Positions 15,001 through 23,510 are shown, counted from the stretch's first letter. The stretch: 40,000 nucleotides of DNA from Clostridia bacterium (GCA_017469465.1 JAFUGH010000014.1:67773-107772), one strand, 5' to 3'. A program made the numbers and translations. The notes: generated from the letters alone by a model not told the origin.

Positions 15001-15633
15001 ATGGCGAAAGATTTTGTGAGGTTGTCTAAGGAATGGTTTGATAAACAAGCACCAGTATATGATGAAACAGATACCATCCTATATTCTAAGTATGGAAAGA
15101 TTAGTTGTAAGTATATTTATGATTATTTGAAAGATAAAGAGTATAAAAATCTATTGGATATTGGTTGTGGTACTGGTTATTTGATTAATATGCTTTCAAA
15201 GGAAAAAGATGCGGAATATGTTGGTCTTGATCTTTCTTCTGAAATGATAAAACAAGCAAATAATAAGAATATCAAAAATGCAAAGTTTATAGAAGGAAAA
15301 TCTGATGAATTACCTTTTGAAGATAACACGTTCGATATAGTGACTTGTTCTCAAAGTTTTCATCATTATCCAGAAACGAATAAGCCATTACAAGAAGCTT
15401 TAAGAGTATTAAGGAAAGGTGGACTTTATATTCTTTCTGATACTGGCGTTGGACCTTTTGAAATTGTTGGTGTAAAGTTTGATGATTTTCTTTATCGATG
15501 TTTTGCTACAACAGGAGATTGCAATGTTTCTTACTTAAAAAAGATGAAAAAAGATATGATGCAAAATGGATTTGAAATTGTACAAGCAGAAAAAGTTACT
15601 ACTTTTATATATGCGATAGTTGGAAAGAAGTAA
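15001..15633 (+). CDS. class I SAM-dependent methyltransferase
   Basis: LLDIGCGTGYL, VGLDLSSEMI and FDIVTCSQSFHHY. Confidence 0.85.
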   Translation: MAKDFVRLSKEWFDKQAPVYDETDTILYSKYGKISCKYIYDYLKDKEYKNLLDIGCGTGYLINMLSKEKDAEYVGLDLSSEMIKQANNKNIKNAKFIEGKSDELPFEDNTFDIVTCSQSFHHYPETNKPLQEALRVLRKGGLYILSDTGVGPFEIVGVKFDDFLYRCFATTGDCNVSYLKKMKKDMMQNGFEIVQAEKVTTFIYAIVGKK

Positions 15634-15660
15634 CAAACGAGGACACTATTTTTTGTTAAC
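15631..15660 (+). repeat. REP copy R9 (degenerate)
   Basis: TAACAAACGAGGACACTATTTTTTGTTAAC. Its first 3 nt are the TAA stop of the methyltransferase. Confidence 0.6.
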
Positions 15661-15729
15661 TGTGAATGAAAAAAGAGTGAAACTTTTTTGCATTTGTATT
15701 GTCTAATAGTTATGAAAGGTTGTGAGAGA

Positions 15730-16458
15730 ATGAAGAAAGTATTATTAATTGTGATGAGTTTTATTTTAATTTGGGGATTGATGGCTTGTGATAAAGGAAA
15801 CGATAAAACGTACACTTTCAAAGGTAAAGTCGTTGAAATGTATATGAATAATCTTATTGTTGAACCATTAGAAAATGAAGACATAAGACGTTCGGCAGAT
15901 AAAATTCAAGTGTGGATTGGACAAACTCCAACATTTCACCCACCAATATTTCCAGAGGGCACCTTAGTGGAAATAGAGTATGATGGAAATGTTGCTGAAA
16001 CATATCCTGTACAAATTAATGCAATTACTTTAAGGACAATTGATGAAGAAGGAAATGATGTTATCCCACCGATATCTCAAATGGAAAGCAACAAAATTAC
16101 GATTAAGAATGGTAAAAACGATTATGATTCAATCAATGTAGGAAGAATAGAAAGTTTCATTGAAAATTCTAAAAATGGCAATGATGATGAAATTGAAGTT
16201 ACACAATATACTATTGAAGGAGATCCTATTATTACTACCGTAAGGTATAACGGAACTGATGGTACATTTCAAACTATTAGGGATACAACACAAGATAAGT
16301 TTGGTGCCCCAGAGATAATAAAGAAAGAGTATGATAATAGTTATAGGGCGGTGCTAAGTGGCGAAGTCCTATCCAAAGATGGTGCTGAAAGAAGTTATTA
16401 TGCATTTCAATTAGTAAGTGAAGAAGAAACAGTAGATATTTGTATGTTTAATTATTAA
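15730..16458 (+). CDS. lipoprotein (possibly DUF4362-like C-terminal part)
   Basis: Start moved to MKKVLLIVMSFILIWGLMAC (lipobox LMAC). YTIEGDPIITTVRYNG resembles DUF4362, recalled from memory and tentative. Confidence 0.7.
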   Translation: MKKVLLIVMSFILIWGLMACDKGNDKTYTFKGKVVEMYMNNLIVEPLENEDIRRSADKIQVWIGQTPTFHPPIFPEGTLVEIEYDGNVAETYPVQINAITLRTIDEEGNDVIPPISQMESNKITIKNGKNDYDSINVGRIESFIENSKNGNDDEIEVTQYTIEGDPIITTVRYNGTDGTFQTIRDTTQDKFGAPEIIKKEYDNSYRAVLSGEVLSKDGAERSYYAFQLVSEEETVDICMFNY

Positions 16459-16474
16459 GATAATGTGTTAAAAG

Positions 16475-16506
16475 TTGGGCAAGTAAGGATACTTGCTCAA
16501 TTTTTT
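16475..16506 (+). terminator. intrinsic terminator
   Basis: TTGGGCAAGTA / TACTTGCTCAA stem plus TTTTTT. Confidence 0.8.
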
Positions 16507-16642
16507 AGTATTTGAGTAAAGCAAGTAAGAGATAGTATTTATAAAATGATAAATTTACAAAAATTACATCACTCATTCAAAATTATTCCAAATTTTTTTC
16601 ATATACTTTAATTATACTAAAGAATGATTGGAGGTGAAGTAT

Positions 16643-17086
16643 ATGAATAAAAACTTAAAAAGAGCATTAGGAGGAGGTGTAATTTTAGTAGGGCTATTTG
16701 GTGCAAGTGTATTTGCAGCAAGCACAACCAACGAAGTAAAAGATAATGCTTCTTTGAAAGTAAAGAAAGGTAATCATTCTCAATATGCTATGGTAAAGCA
16801 TGTAGACAAGTCTTCTTTATCTGAAGAAGAGTTGGAAGCATTAAAAGAAAAATTTGCTTTAAGAGAAGAAAAGAAAAAATCAAAGCAAACTTCTGGGGAT
16901 ACTGCCTCAGGAGAAAGTGAGAGTGAAACTTCTTCTAAGAAAACTAGAAAACAAAGAATAAAGAAGCATCGTAAAGAAGAGGTAGAAGAAAATGAGAAAG
17001 CTACTAATGATAGTGGAGAAACGATGAAACACAGTGGTAGAAAAATGAGAAAAAAAGTTACTTCAGGTTCTGACGAAACTGTTTAA
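16643..17086 (+). CDS. secreted, highly charged low-complexity (K/E/S-rich) protein
   Basis: Start at ATG 16643, behind GGAGGTG. Signal peptide ALGGGVILVGLFGASVFAAS. Confidence 0.7.
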   Translation: MNKNLKRALGGGVILVGLFGASVFAASTTNEVKDNASLKVKKGNHSQYAMVKHVDKSSLSEEELEALKEKFALREEKKKSKQTSGDTASGESESETSSKKTRKQRIKKHRKEEVEENEKATNDSGETMKHSGRKMRKKVTSGSDETV

Positions 17087-17233
17087 TCTCCATTTAAGGC
17101 TGCAAGTGTGGCAAGTGTATCTCCGCAATTGAACAAAAAAGGCAGATAAGGTAGCTATTTCTTCTGGAGTTTTATCTTTCGCAATATTACATGCTAGTAT
17201 AGAAATAAGTGTTACAAATTCACAACTTGGCAT
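17063..17233 (-). pseudogene. small Cys-containing clostridial-type protein (conserved ..QLGDTLAT.. family, possibly DUF6774) with an apparent +1 frameshift
   Basis: SD AAGGAGG then ATG at 17233: MPSCEFVTLISILACNIAKDKTPEEIATLSAFFVQL. After an extra base near 17125 the alternative frame reads GDTLATLAALNGD* (stop at 17083-17085). The unshifted frame ends at 17063. Below the ORF-track cutoff. Confidence 0.45.
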
Positions 17234-17306
17234 AAAACGAGCCTCCTTGTGATATTATATGTAACACTTATTTTTTGGTTAATGATATATCTATAGTTCA
17301 TCTATC

Positions 17307-17332
17307 AACAAACACGGACTGTCTTTTTGTTG
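17307..17332 (+). repeat. REP copy R10 (degenerate)
   Basis: CAACAAACACGGACTGTCTTTTTGTTG. Confidence 0.55.
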
Positions 17333-17379
17333 TATATAAGATATTTTTAGATGGCCGTACTATTAGTTAGGTCATCTTT

Positions 17380-17562
17380 TTAGGAGTGTTTTTGAAGGGT
17401 GATTTTAACAATATTAAGTCCGTCAATGAAACCTTGTTTATAATATTTTTCATTATAGTATACAGATTCAGCATTCATGTCTTTAGTAAGAGCATCAAGA
17501 GAATGCAAGTCTTTTCTCCAAGAAATAGTTAATTTATTGACATTATTCGACAAAAAACTCAT
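17380..17562 (-). CDS. 60-aa ORF, doubtful (no SD); possibly a gene fragment
   Basis: ORF track only. No recognisable RBS or family. It lies in a patch of decayed genes. Confidence 0.2.
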   Translation of the reverse strand: MSFLSNNVNKLTISWRKDLHSLDALTKDMNAESVYYNEKYYKQGFIDGLNIVKITLQKHS

Positions 17563-17627
17563 AGACAGGAATCGACAGAATGTGATATATTCATGAAGAA
17601 TTCAAAATGTAAAAAATAAAAGGTGAT

Positions 17628-18074
17628 ATGATGGCATTATTTGAGGTGTTTAAAGAAACATTTTTTGCATTTGTTGGTGCAAGATCACATGATATTCAAG
17701 ATGGAATACTTAACTTGGATGAAGAAGAAAAGATATATCAGTATCGAAAAAGAGGTACATATTTTAGAATAAGAGATTATTCTTGGTGGAATTTAGAATT
17801 GCCAACAGAAGAAATGCAAAGCGGAATCACAAAAATAGAAAAGCACAACTACAAAGTAGATTATATTATCACGCATTGTTGTTCAACAAATATTCATCCA
17901 TTAATCAATCTAGCATATAAGAAAGATTACTTAACTGACTACTTGCAAACAATAGCTGAAAAGTGTGATTTTAAAAAATGGTTTTTTGGGCATTACCATG
18001 AAAATAAATCAATTAATTCACAATTTAAATTATTATATGAAGATATAGTGCCAATAGAATACAACAGATGTTAA
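17628..18074 (+). pseudogene. 5'-truncated paralogue of the metallophosphoesterase at 2721..3485
   Basis: From about 17650-17665 onward the DNA is visibly highly similar to 3050-3470 (FAFVGARSHDIQDGILNLDEEEKIY...KKWFFGHYHEN). The N-terminal GDxH / GD / GNHE metal-binding motifs are absent. Confidence 0.8.
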
Positions 18075-18100
18075 AATTTATTTTTTTAATAGGTGATAGT

Positions 18101-18741
18101 ATGAAAGAAACAACAATTTATCTTATCAGACATTCAGAGCAAGTTAAACCAATTGAGGATTTGTATGACACAAAACTTTCACAGCTTCAAAATGAAATGA
18201 ATGCATTATCGAAAAATGGAGAATTACTTGCCAAAAAATTAAGTGAAGAAAAAGAATTGCAAAATATTGATATATTATATTCGAGTCATTATGAAAGAGC
18301 AATTGCAACTGCAAAATATATAGCAGAACAAAATAATATAAAAATGAATATTGATACAAGACTACGGTGAAAGAAAATTGCGGCAATTTAAACAATTTGA
18401 AGCAACTTGAAAAGCTATTTGATAATAGCTTTTCAAAAGAACAATTATTGAATGAAAATCTGAAGAATAATGAAGGAGAATCTAATATTGAGGTTAGAAA
18501 AAGAATGGTATCAGCAATCAATGACGTTTTGGAGAATAATTATGGCAAAAGAGTTGCTATCGTGTCACATGGTGCTGCTATAAAATTCTATCTTCAGAAT
18601 TTTTGTAAATTTGATAGTTCAAAGGATGTTTTTTATTTTAAAGGTAAAGAAGTAGGTCCTCTTCAAATAAAGTCACCTAGTGTTTTAAAATTACAGTTTA
18701 ATGATAATGATCTTATGAAAATAAAAGTAATCAATATTTAA
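18101..18741 (+). pseudogene. histidine phosphatase (phosphoglycerate mutase-like) family gene split by a frameshift near 18365
   Basis: The first half carries TIYLIRHSEQ (RH motif), ending at TGA 18368-18370. The second half (frame of 18367) carries GES..EVRKR...VAIVSHGAAIK (second catalytic His). Confidence 0.75.
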
Positions 18742-18780
18742 TAAACGAAATTTATTACAATTTAAAGTAACATATATACA

Positions 18781-18807
18781 GATGCCCTCACTAGTAGTGC
18801 TGGCATC
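18781..18807 (+). terminator. degenerate terminator-like hairpin (repeated module, copy C)
   Basis: GATGCC ... GGCATC. It is homologous to the copy A left arm GATGCCCTC but lacks a T-run. Confidence 0.35.
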
Positions 18808-18832
18808 TGTCATACTTACTCTAAAATACCAC

Positions 18833-18987
18833 TTGACAGTCTATCTACAGTCGACCTCACGGAAAATATAGAAAATACGGAAAGCAAAATCGAGTTCAAA
18901 GCAATGTTTAGAAAGTCAGTAACTTAGCCAATATCAATTGATTTAAGGAAAAATCAAAGGTATAGCTAGAAGTCCTTAGTAAAAATT
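18833..18987. repeat. ~155-bp intergenic repeat element, copy C
   Basis: ACTTGACAGTCTATCTACAGTCGACCTCACGGAAAAT... to ...AGTCCTTAGTAAAAATT. Confidence 0.8.
18859..18884. repeat. 9-bp tandem array, about 3 units (copy C)
   Basis: ACGGAAAAT ATAGAAAAT ACGGAAAG. Confidence 0.9.
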
Positions 18988-19074
18988 GAACAAGACATAT
19001 TAAACAAAAAACTAGATATAGGAAGAGATTAGCTTCGACTGCTAAAAATAACAGGTAATATTTATGATTTCTTG

Positions 19075-19103
19075 TTGAAAAAAGACATATTATTTGATAT
19101 TAT
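19075..19103 (+). promoter_or_regulatory. putative promoter of SLH protein 2 (TTGAAA-17-TATTAT with TG extension)
   Basis: Read directly. It is positionally homologous to 6782-6810. Confidence 0.45.
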
Positions 19104-19125
19104 ATTTTTGGTTTAAGAAATTATT

Positions 19126-19173
19126 TAAGGGGATTAGACTAAATATGAAAAGAGAAAATGATTTTTCCTCTTA
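19126..19173 (+). promoter_or_regulatory. conserved 5'-UTR hairpin with embedded mini-ORF (MKRENDFSS*)
   Basis: TAAGGGGA ... TCCTCTTA stem. The loop ..TTAGACTAAATATGAAAAGAGAAAATGA.. is homologous to 6836-6884. Confidence 0.5.
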
Positions 19174-19206
19174 AACAAATAATAAAAAATGAGGGGGAGT
19201 TTTATA

Positions 19207-21339
19207 ATGAAAAAACTTGTGCTTTTAGCAACTTTAGTTTTGACAGTATGTATTTTTTTAGTTCCAAGCATTTGTCTTGCAGATGCTGCAGGCAGTTACT
19301 CTTTGTCTTCAGTATTCGTTACAATGACTGAACCAAAGTTTAACACAGTATTACCTACTGACATGACGGCTAGTAGTAAAAATATTACTATTAGTAATGT
19401 TGTCTGGAAAGATTCATCCAGTAAAACTTTAGCAAATACAGACAAAATAACAGCAGGTGGAACTTATACTGTGACATTTGATTTAAATAGAGTAGCAGGA
19501 GATAGTTTTGCTGGACGTACTTCAGTATATATTAATAATAGTGCTGAAGGAGTTTCAAAAACGAGTGTATCTTCAAATAAAATGACAGTTTCTAAATCAT
19601 TTACTGTACAAGGTGGAAGACTAAGTAATGCCAATGGTAAAGCTCAATTTATGGAAGGAGGAGAAGCCTCTACAGCTACAACAGCAGATGGTAAAAAAGT
19701 ATTAGGACTTTTAGTTTTCTTAATTGACGGTAATGTTGAAGAAGGTAAGGCACTACCAACTTCTTTCCAACTTAAAACAGATTTAGATACAACATTTAAA
19801 AAGTATAATATTTATAAAACATCACCAAGTGATACTTCTAAACCTTATGCAGTTTGGCAACAATATGATGAAAATGCACAAGCAGATAAGTCATATACTT
19901 TAAGATATATATTCCCAATTCCGGGTGATGTATCAGTTGCTGATGATTGCCAAATTTCAATTGACGGAAACAAAGTTTCTAAAGCAGGATTAATGGGTAG
20001 TTTATTCTTTGATCAAACATATAAAACAGGTGCATCAAAGACTGCATCAGAAATTAAATACGTTTCTAAAGTAGAATTTGAAAACTTTACGTGGCCAGTA
20101 GATGGACAAAAATATGAAACAAGTGTTAAATTGAAAGATGGATTTCCGGGCAAAATAACAAGATATACATTCGAAATGTTTAGAAAATCTTTAAATGGTA
20201 CAGCTGCATCAGCAGGAGATAACATCGGGTTGTGTATATATGTAGATTTAAATGATGGCTATCAATGGGCTGATGAAAAGAACGGATACTTAAATGGTCA
20301 AATACAAGATATGAGAATTCATAATGATAGCATGGGCACTGAATGGGGGTTTGCTTGGAATGAGCATAGAACAGAGTATACAGATAAAATAAAAATAGAA
20401 GATCAATCGCCAGAAACACTAGAATATGTTGAAGGTGAAGATGTTAAACTATTTGTTAAAGCAACAGGAGCAGATACATATCAATGGGCTAAATATGGAA
20501 CAAGTGGTGGCGGAATAAAACAAGTATTTAGAGCAAGTAAGATAGATGGCGCTACAAAGAATGAATATGTAATTGAAAAAGCTTCAAAAGATTTGGATGG
20601 AGCACAATATGAATGCGAACTTAAGACAAGTGCAGGTGAAAGACTTGTTTCAAAAACAATTAAATTAAAATTAGTTGAGAAGAAGACCGAACAACCAGCT
20701 ACTGTACCAACTGCAACATCAGGTGAGCAACCAACTACTACCACAGGTGGAGAACCAGCTACTGTATCAACAGAGCAACCTACAACGCCTGAAAGAACTT
20801 GGTCGAAAGCATCTGAATGGGCAGTTGCTGAATTAGATAAAGCAAATGAAGCTAATTTAATTCCTTGGATATTTGAAAAAGAAGATTTAACAAAAAATAT
20901 AACAAGAAGAGAATTTGCATATGTTGCAGTAAAACTATATGAAAAAATTTCAAATGAAAAACTTGTCGAGGCAAAAGAAAATCCATTCACAGATACAAAT
21001 GATATTGAAGTATTAAAGGCATTAAATGTTGGTATTACGAATGGTACATCAGATACAACATTTGATCCAAATGCATTAATTACTCGTGAGCAAATGGCAA
21101 CGATGATGACAAGAGCATTAACCAAAGCAGGAATTGATACAAAAGTAGATTTAGAAAAAGTTTCTAAATTTGCTGATGATAGCGAGATGCACGATTGGGG
21201 TAAGGCTTCAATCTACTATATGTCTAGCATTGAAATCATTAAAGGTGTTGGAAACAATACATTTAATGTATTAGGAAATGCCACAAGAGAACAGTCTTTA
21301 TTAATAAGCGAAAGAAGTGCAGATAAGTTCAGCCATTGA
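19207..21339 (+). CDS. secreted surface protein paralogue with Ig-like region, Thr/Pro-rich linker and C-terminal SLH domains
   Basis: Start moved to MKKLVLLATLVLTVCIFLVPSICLADA behind GAGGGGGAG. The C-terminal ~180 aa are close to those of 6913..8964 at both protein and DNA level. Confidence 0.9.
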   Translation: MKKLVLLATLVLTVCIFLVPSICLADAAGSYSLSSVFVTMTEPKFNTVLPTDMTASSKNITISNVVWKDSSSKTLANTDKITAGGTYTVTFDLNRVAGDSFAGRTSVYINNSAEGVSKTSVSSNKMTVSKSFTVQGGRLSNANGKAQFMEGGEASTATTADGKKVLGLLVFLIDGNVEEGKALPTSFQLKTDLDTTFKKYNIYKTSPSDTSKPYAVWQQYDENAQADKSYTLRYIFPIPGDVSVADDCQISIDGNKVSKAGLMGSLFFDQTYKTGASKTASEIKYVSKVEFENFTWPVDGQKYETSVKLKDGFPGKITRYTFEMFRKSLNGTAASAGDNIGLCIYVDLNDGYQWADEKNGYLNGQIQDMRIHNDSMGTEWGFAWNEHRTEYTDKIKIEDQSPETLEYVEGEDVKLFVKATGADTYQWAKYGTSGGGIKQVFRASKIDGATKNEYVIEKASKDLDGAQYECELKTSAGERLVSKTIKLKLVEKKTEQPATVPTATSGEQPTTTTGGEPATVSTEQPTTPERTWSKASEWAVAELDKANEANLIPWIFEKEDLTKNITRREFAYVAVKLYEKISNEKLVEAKENPFTDTNDIEVLKALNVGITNGTSDTTFDPNALITREQMATMMTRALTKAGIDTKVDLEKVSKFADDSEMHDWGKASIYYMSSIEIIKGVGNNTFNVLGNATREQSLLISERSADKFSH

Positions 21340-21346
21340 ACGAAGT

Positions 21347-21396
21347 GACCAAGTGGGACAACCTTTTTTGACCAAGTGGGACAACCTTTTTTGGTC
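21347..21396 (+). repeat. tandem REP doublet R11-R12, left flank of the RAYT gene
   Basis: GACCAAGTGGGACAACCTTTTTT GACCAAGTGGGACAACCTTTTTTGGTC. Confidence 0.9.
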
Positions 21397-21432
21397 ATTT
21401 GAATGACATACTTATCGACATAATCTGAAGCA

Positions 21433-21460
21433 TTGACATTTATTTTAATTGTGATAGAAT
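21433..21460 (+). promoter_or_regulatory. putative promoter of the RAYT gene (TTGACA-16-TAGAAT with TG extension)
   Basis: Read directly. Confidence 0.5.
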
Positions 21461-21476
21461 AAAAAAAGTTTATGGG

Positions 21477-21516
21477 GAAAACTTGCTAAATTATATTAGC
21501 TAGTTTTCTCTTTTTT
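21477..21516 (+). terminator. terminator-like hairpin inside the RAYT 5' leader
   Basis: GAAAACTTGCTAA / TTAGCTAGTTTTC (13 bp, 1 mismatch), 6-nt loop, then TCTTTTTT. It lies between the promoter and the SD GGAGGGGAGGAG. Confidence 0.5.
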
Positions 21517-21538
21517 GTAAACAGGAGGGGAGGAGAAG

Positions 21539-22294
21539 ATGCCTAGAAAACCTAGATATTATAATACATCAGATTTTTATCATATTATGGTACAAGGAGA
21601 TGAAAAGAAATATATTTTTAAACACGATAAGTATAAAAGAAAATATCGATATTTATTGAAACATAATGCAATGAAAAATGATGTTGAAATTATTTCATAT
21701 TGCATAATGAATAATCATGTTCATGTATTAGTTTTTTGCCCTGAAATTAAAAGAATATCTAAAATGATGTTGCAGATTAATACTTCATTTGGCTTGTATT
21801 ATAATAATGATCGACAAAAAGTGGGTCATGTTTTTAGAGAAAGATATAGGGCAGAAGCAATATATACTAAATACCATCTAATAAACTGTATAAAATATAT
21901 TCATGAAAATCCAGTTAAGGCAGGAATATGTAGGAAATGTAATGAATATATGTATTCAAGTTATCAAGAAATTTCTAAAGTAAGTAATAGTCTATTACAA
22001 ATTTGTGATATTTCCACTAATGAGTTAAATAATATTCTTAATTCTCCACATACAGAAAGTAAATTTATTGATGATGATAGTGAAAAGGAGGATGTTGAGA
22101 AAGTTTTTGTAGAAATAAAGAGGAGAAAAGATATTAAAGTAGAGGATACTAAATATATTTCAGAAATATATTGTGAAATAAAAAAAAGATGCAAAGTAAC
22201 GGATAGCCAAATTGCAATTTTGTTAGGAATTGAGAGAAGCAAATTCTTAAGAATGCTTAGAAAAGAAGGAATTAAAAAAGTTGTTCATAGATAA
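21539..22294 (+). CDS. REP-associated tyrosine transposase (RAYT; IS200/IS605 TnpA-like HUH Y1 enzyme) with C-terminal HTH-like tail
   Basis: MPRKPRYY..DFYHIMVQG, the HUH motif NNHVHVLV, GHVFRERYRAEAI and YIHENPVKAGI match the COG1943/RayT pattern. Confidence 0.85.
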   Translation: MPRKPRYYNTSDFYHIMVQGDEKKYIFKHDKYKRKYRYLLKHNAMKNDVEIISYCIMNNHVHVLVFCPEIKRISKMMLQINTSFGLYYNNDRQKVGHVFRERYRAEAIYTKYHLINCIKYIHENPVKAGICRKCNEYMYSSYQEISKVSNSLLQICDISTNELNNILNSPHTESKFIDDDSEKEDVEKVFVEIKRRKDIKVEDTKYISEIYCEIKKRCKVTDSQIAILLGIERSKFLRMLRKEGIKKVVHR

Positions 22295-22306
22295 TGTTGA
22301 AAAAAT

Positions 22307-22364
22307 GACCAAAAAAGGTTGTCCCGTTTGGTTAAAAAAGGTTGTCCCGTTTGGTTACTTGGTC
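22307..22364 (-). repeat. tandem REP doublet R13-R14 (inverted), right flank of the RAYT gene
   Basis: Reverse complement reads GACCAAGTAACCAAACGGGACAACCTTTTTTAACCAAACGGGACAACCTTTTTTGGTC. Confidence 0.9.
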
Positions 22365-22366
22365 AG

Positions 22367-22395
22367 TTGACAAATTTAAAAAAGAATGTTAAAAT
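22367..22395 (+). promoter_or_regulatory. promoter TTGACA-17-TAAAAT
   Basis: Read directly. It lies ~210 nt upstream of the methyltransferase start codon. Confidence 0.6.
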
Positions 22396-22401
22396 GGATT
22401 T

Positions 22402-22567
22402 GTGGTAAATCAATTAGTTATTCGCGGCTTATCACCAATTAAGTTTTGAAAAACTTTGGGTTAATAATGACGAGAACCTTAGAATCTCATCATGAATGAC
22501 AAAAAATACTACAGCTATAAATCTGTGGTTTGTTTTTGCTGTTCATGAAAGGAGGTTCTTTTTTTTA
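22402..22567 (+). promoter_or_regulatory. ~165-nt structured leader ending in a terminator-like long hairpin: candidate attenuator or riboswitch of unknown class
   Basis: AGAACCT (22473-79) pairs with AGGTTCT (22553-59), and TCATGAA (22490-96) pairs with TTCATGA (22542-48). A T8 run follows. The real SD AAGGAG lies 30 nt further downstream. Confidence 0.4.
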
Positions 22568-22609
22568 TTATTTAAAACCACAAAAAATAAAATATAAGGA
22601 GAAATGAAA

Positions 22610-23374
22610 ATGGAAGAAAAAGAATATTATGAGCAAATAAAAGATTGGAATTTTGATGAGTTCCAAATTGAAACAGAAGAATTTACAAACTGGGATATGT
22701 TTGAAATTTTAAAAAGTGTTACAAATGAAAATTCGAGAATACTAGATTTAGGAACTGGTGGAGGCGAAAAAGTGATAAAGTATTTCCCTGAATATGCAAA
22801 AGAAATAATAGCAACAGATTTTTCAAAAGCAATGGTTGAAACTGCAAAAGAGAATCTAAAAAAATCAGGAAGAAAAAATATTACATTTAGAATAATGGAC
22901 AATTTACACATGGATGTTCCAAAAGAATATTTTGATGTAGTAGTTGCAAGAAATACTCCATCTTGTCCAAAGCAAATCTATGAATGTTTGAAACCAGGAG
23001 GTTATTTAATCATTCATGGAGTGGATAAATATGACTGTTTTAACTTGAAAAAACTATATGGAAAAGGTCAGGCTTATGATGATACTACTCCAATAAGCAT
23101 CATTGACTATAGTGCGGTTATAGATGCAGGTTTTAAAGATGCTGAATTGGTTCCTCTTCATGAAAGAGAGTATTTTAAAAACGAAGATTTGTTATATAAA
23201 TTCATGCTTAAAGTACCGATTTTAGATGAATTTTCAGAAGAAGAGGGAGAGGTTAAGGACTATTACTTAAATGAACTAGATAAAGAAAAACTACATGAAT
23301 ATGTATTAAAAAACACTTGTGAAAAAGGAATAAGATTAATAAGAAGATATTATGGAATTACAGCAAGAAAATAA
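22610..23374 (+). CDS. class I SAM-dependent methyltransferase
   Basis: ILDLGTGGGEKV, ATDFSKAMVE and DVVVARNT. Start set to ATG 22610, 8 nt after AAGGAG; ATG 22604 is too close to the SD. Confidence 0.8.
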   Translation: MEEKEYYEQIKDWNFDEFQIETEEFTNWDMFEILKSVTNENSRILDLGTGGGEKVIKYFPEYAKEIIATDFSKAMVETAKENLKKSGRKNITFRIMDNLHMDVPKEYFDVVVARNTPSCPKQIYECLKPGGYLIIHGVDKYDCFNLKKLYGKGQAYDDTTPISIIDYSAVIDAGFKDAELVPLHEREYFKNEDLLYKFMLKVPILDEFSEEEGEVKDYYLNELDKEKLHEYVLKNTCEKGIRLIRRYYGITARK

Positions 23375-23510
23375 TAATTGAAGACAGTTTTTCTCTAAAG
23401 AGAGCATTTAGAATAGCTTTAATTGTAAAACAATTAATTATATGATGTTGGCAAATAGAAGTATTCAAATGTTAATATCATTATTGTGTATAATAGGAGG
23501 AAGTGGTTAT

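Larger units (their letters stand above)
21347..22364 (+). mobile_element. REPtron: RAYT gene bracketed by inverted REP doublets
   Basis: Two forward REPs lie at 21347-21396 and two reverse REPs at 22307-22364, with the IS200-like Y1 transposase gene between them. Confidence 0.8.

Noticed and set aside
20481-21125. 214-aa minus-strand ORF and the other long antisense ORFs inside the SLH genes (7968-8168, 8178-8498, 8538-8822, 20013-20419)
   Set aside because: They are entirely antisense to CDSs that have clear signal peptide, Flg_new and SLH motifs. They have no RBS and are typical shadow ORFs.
22468-22549. Leader micro-ORFs MTRTLESHHE* and MNDKKYYSYKSVVCFCCS* as attenuation leader peptides
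   Set aside because: Neither has a recognisable Shine-Dalgarno sequence. They are kept only as a remark inside the leader finding.
22402-22567. T-box or SAM riboswitch upstream of the methyltransferase
   Set aside because: There is no T-box consensus (AAUUAGGGUGGUACCGCG-like) or specifier-loop features, and no SAM-I/II/SAH conserved cores are visible.
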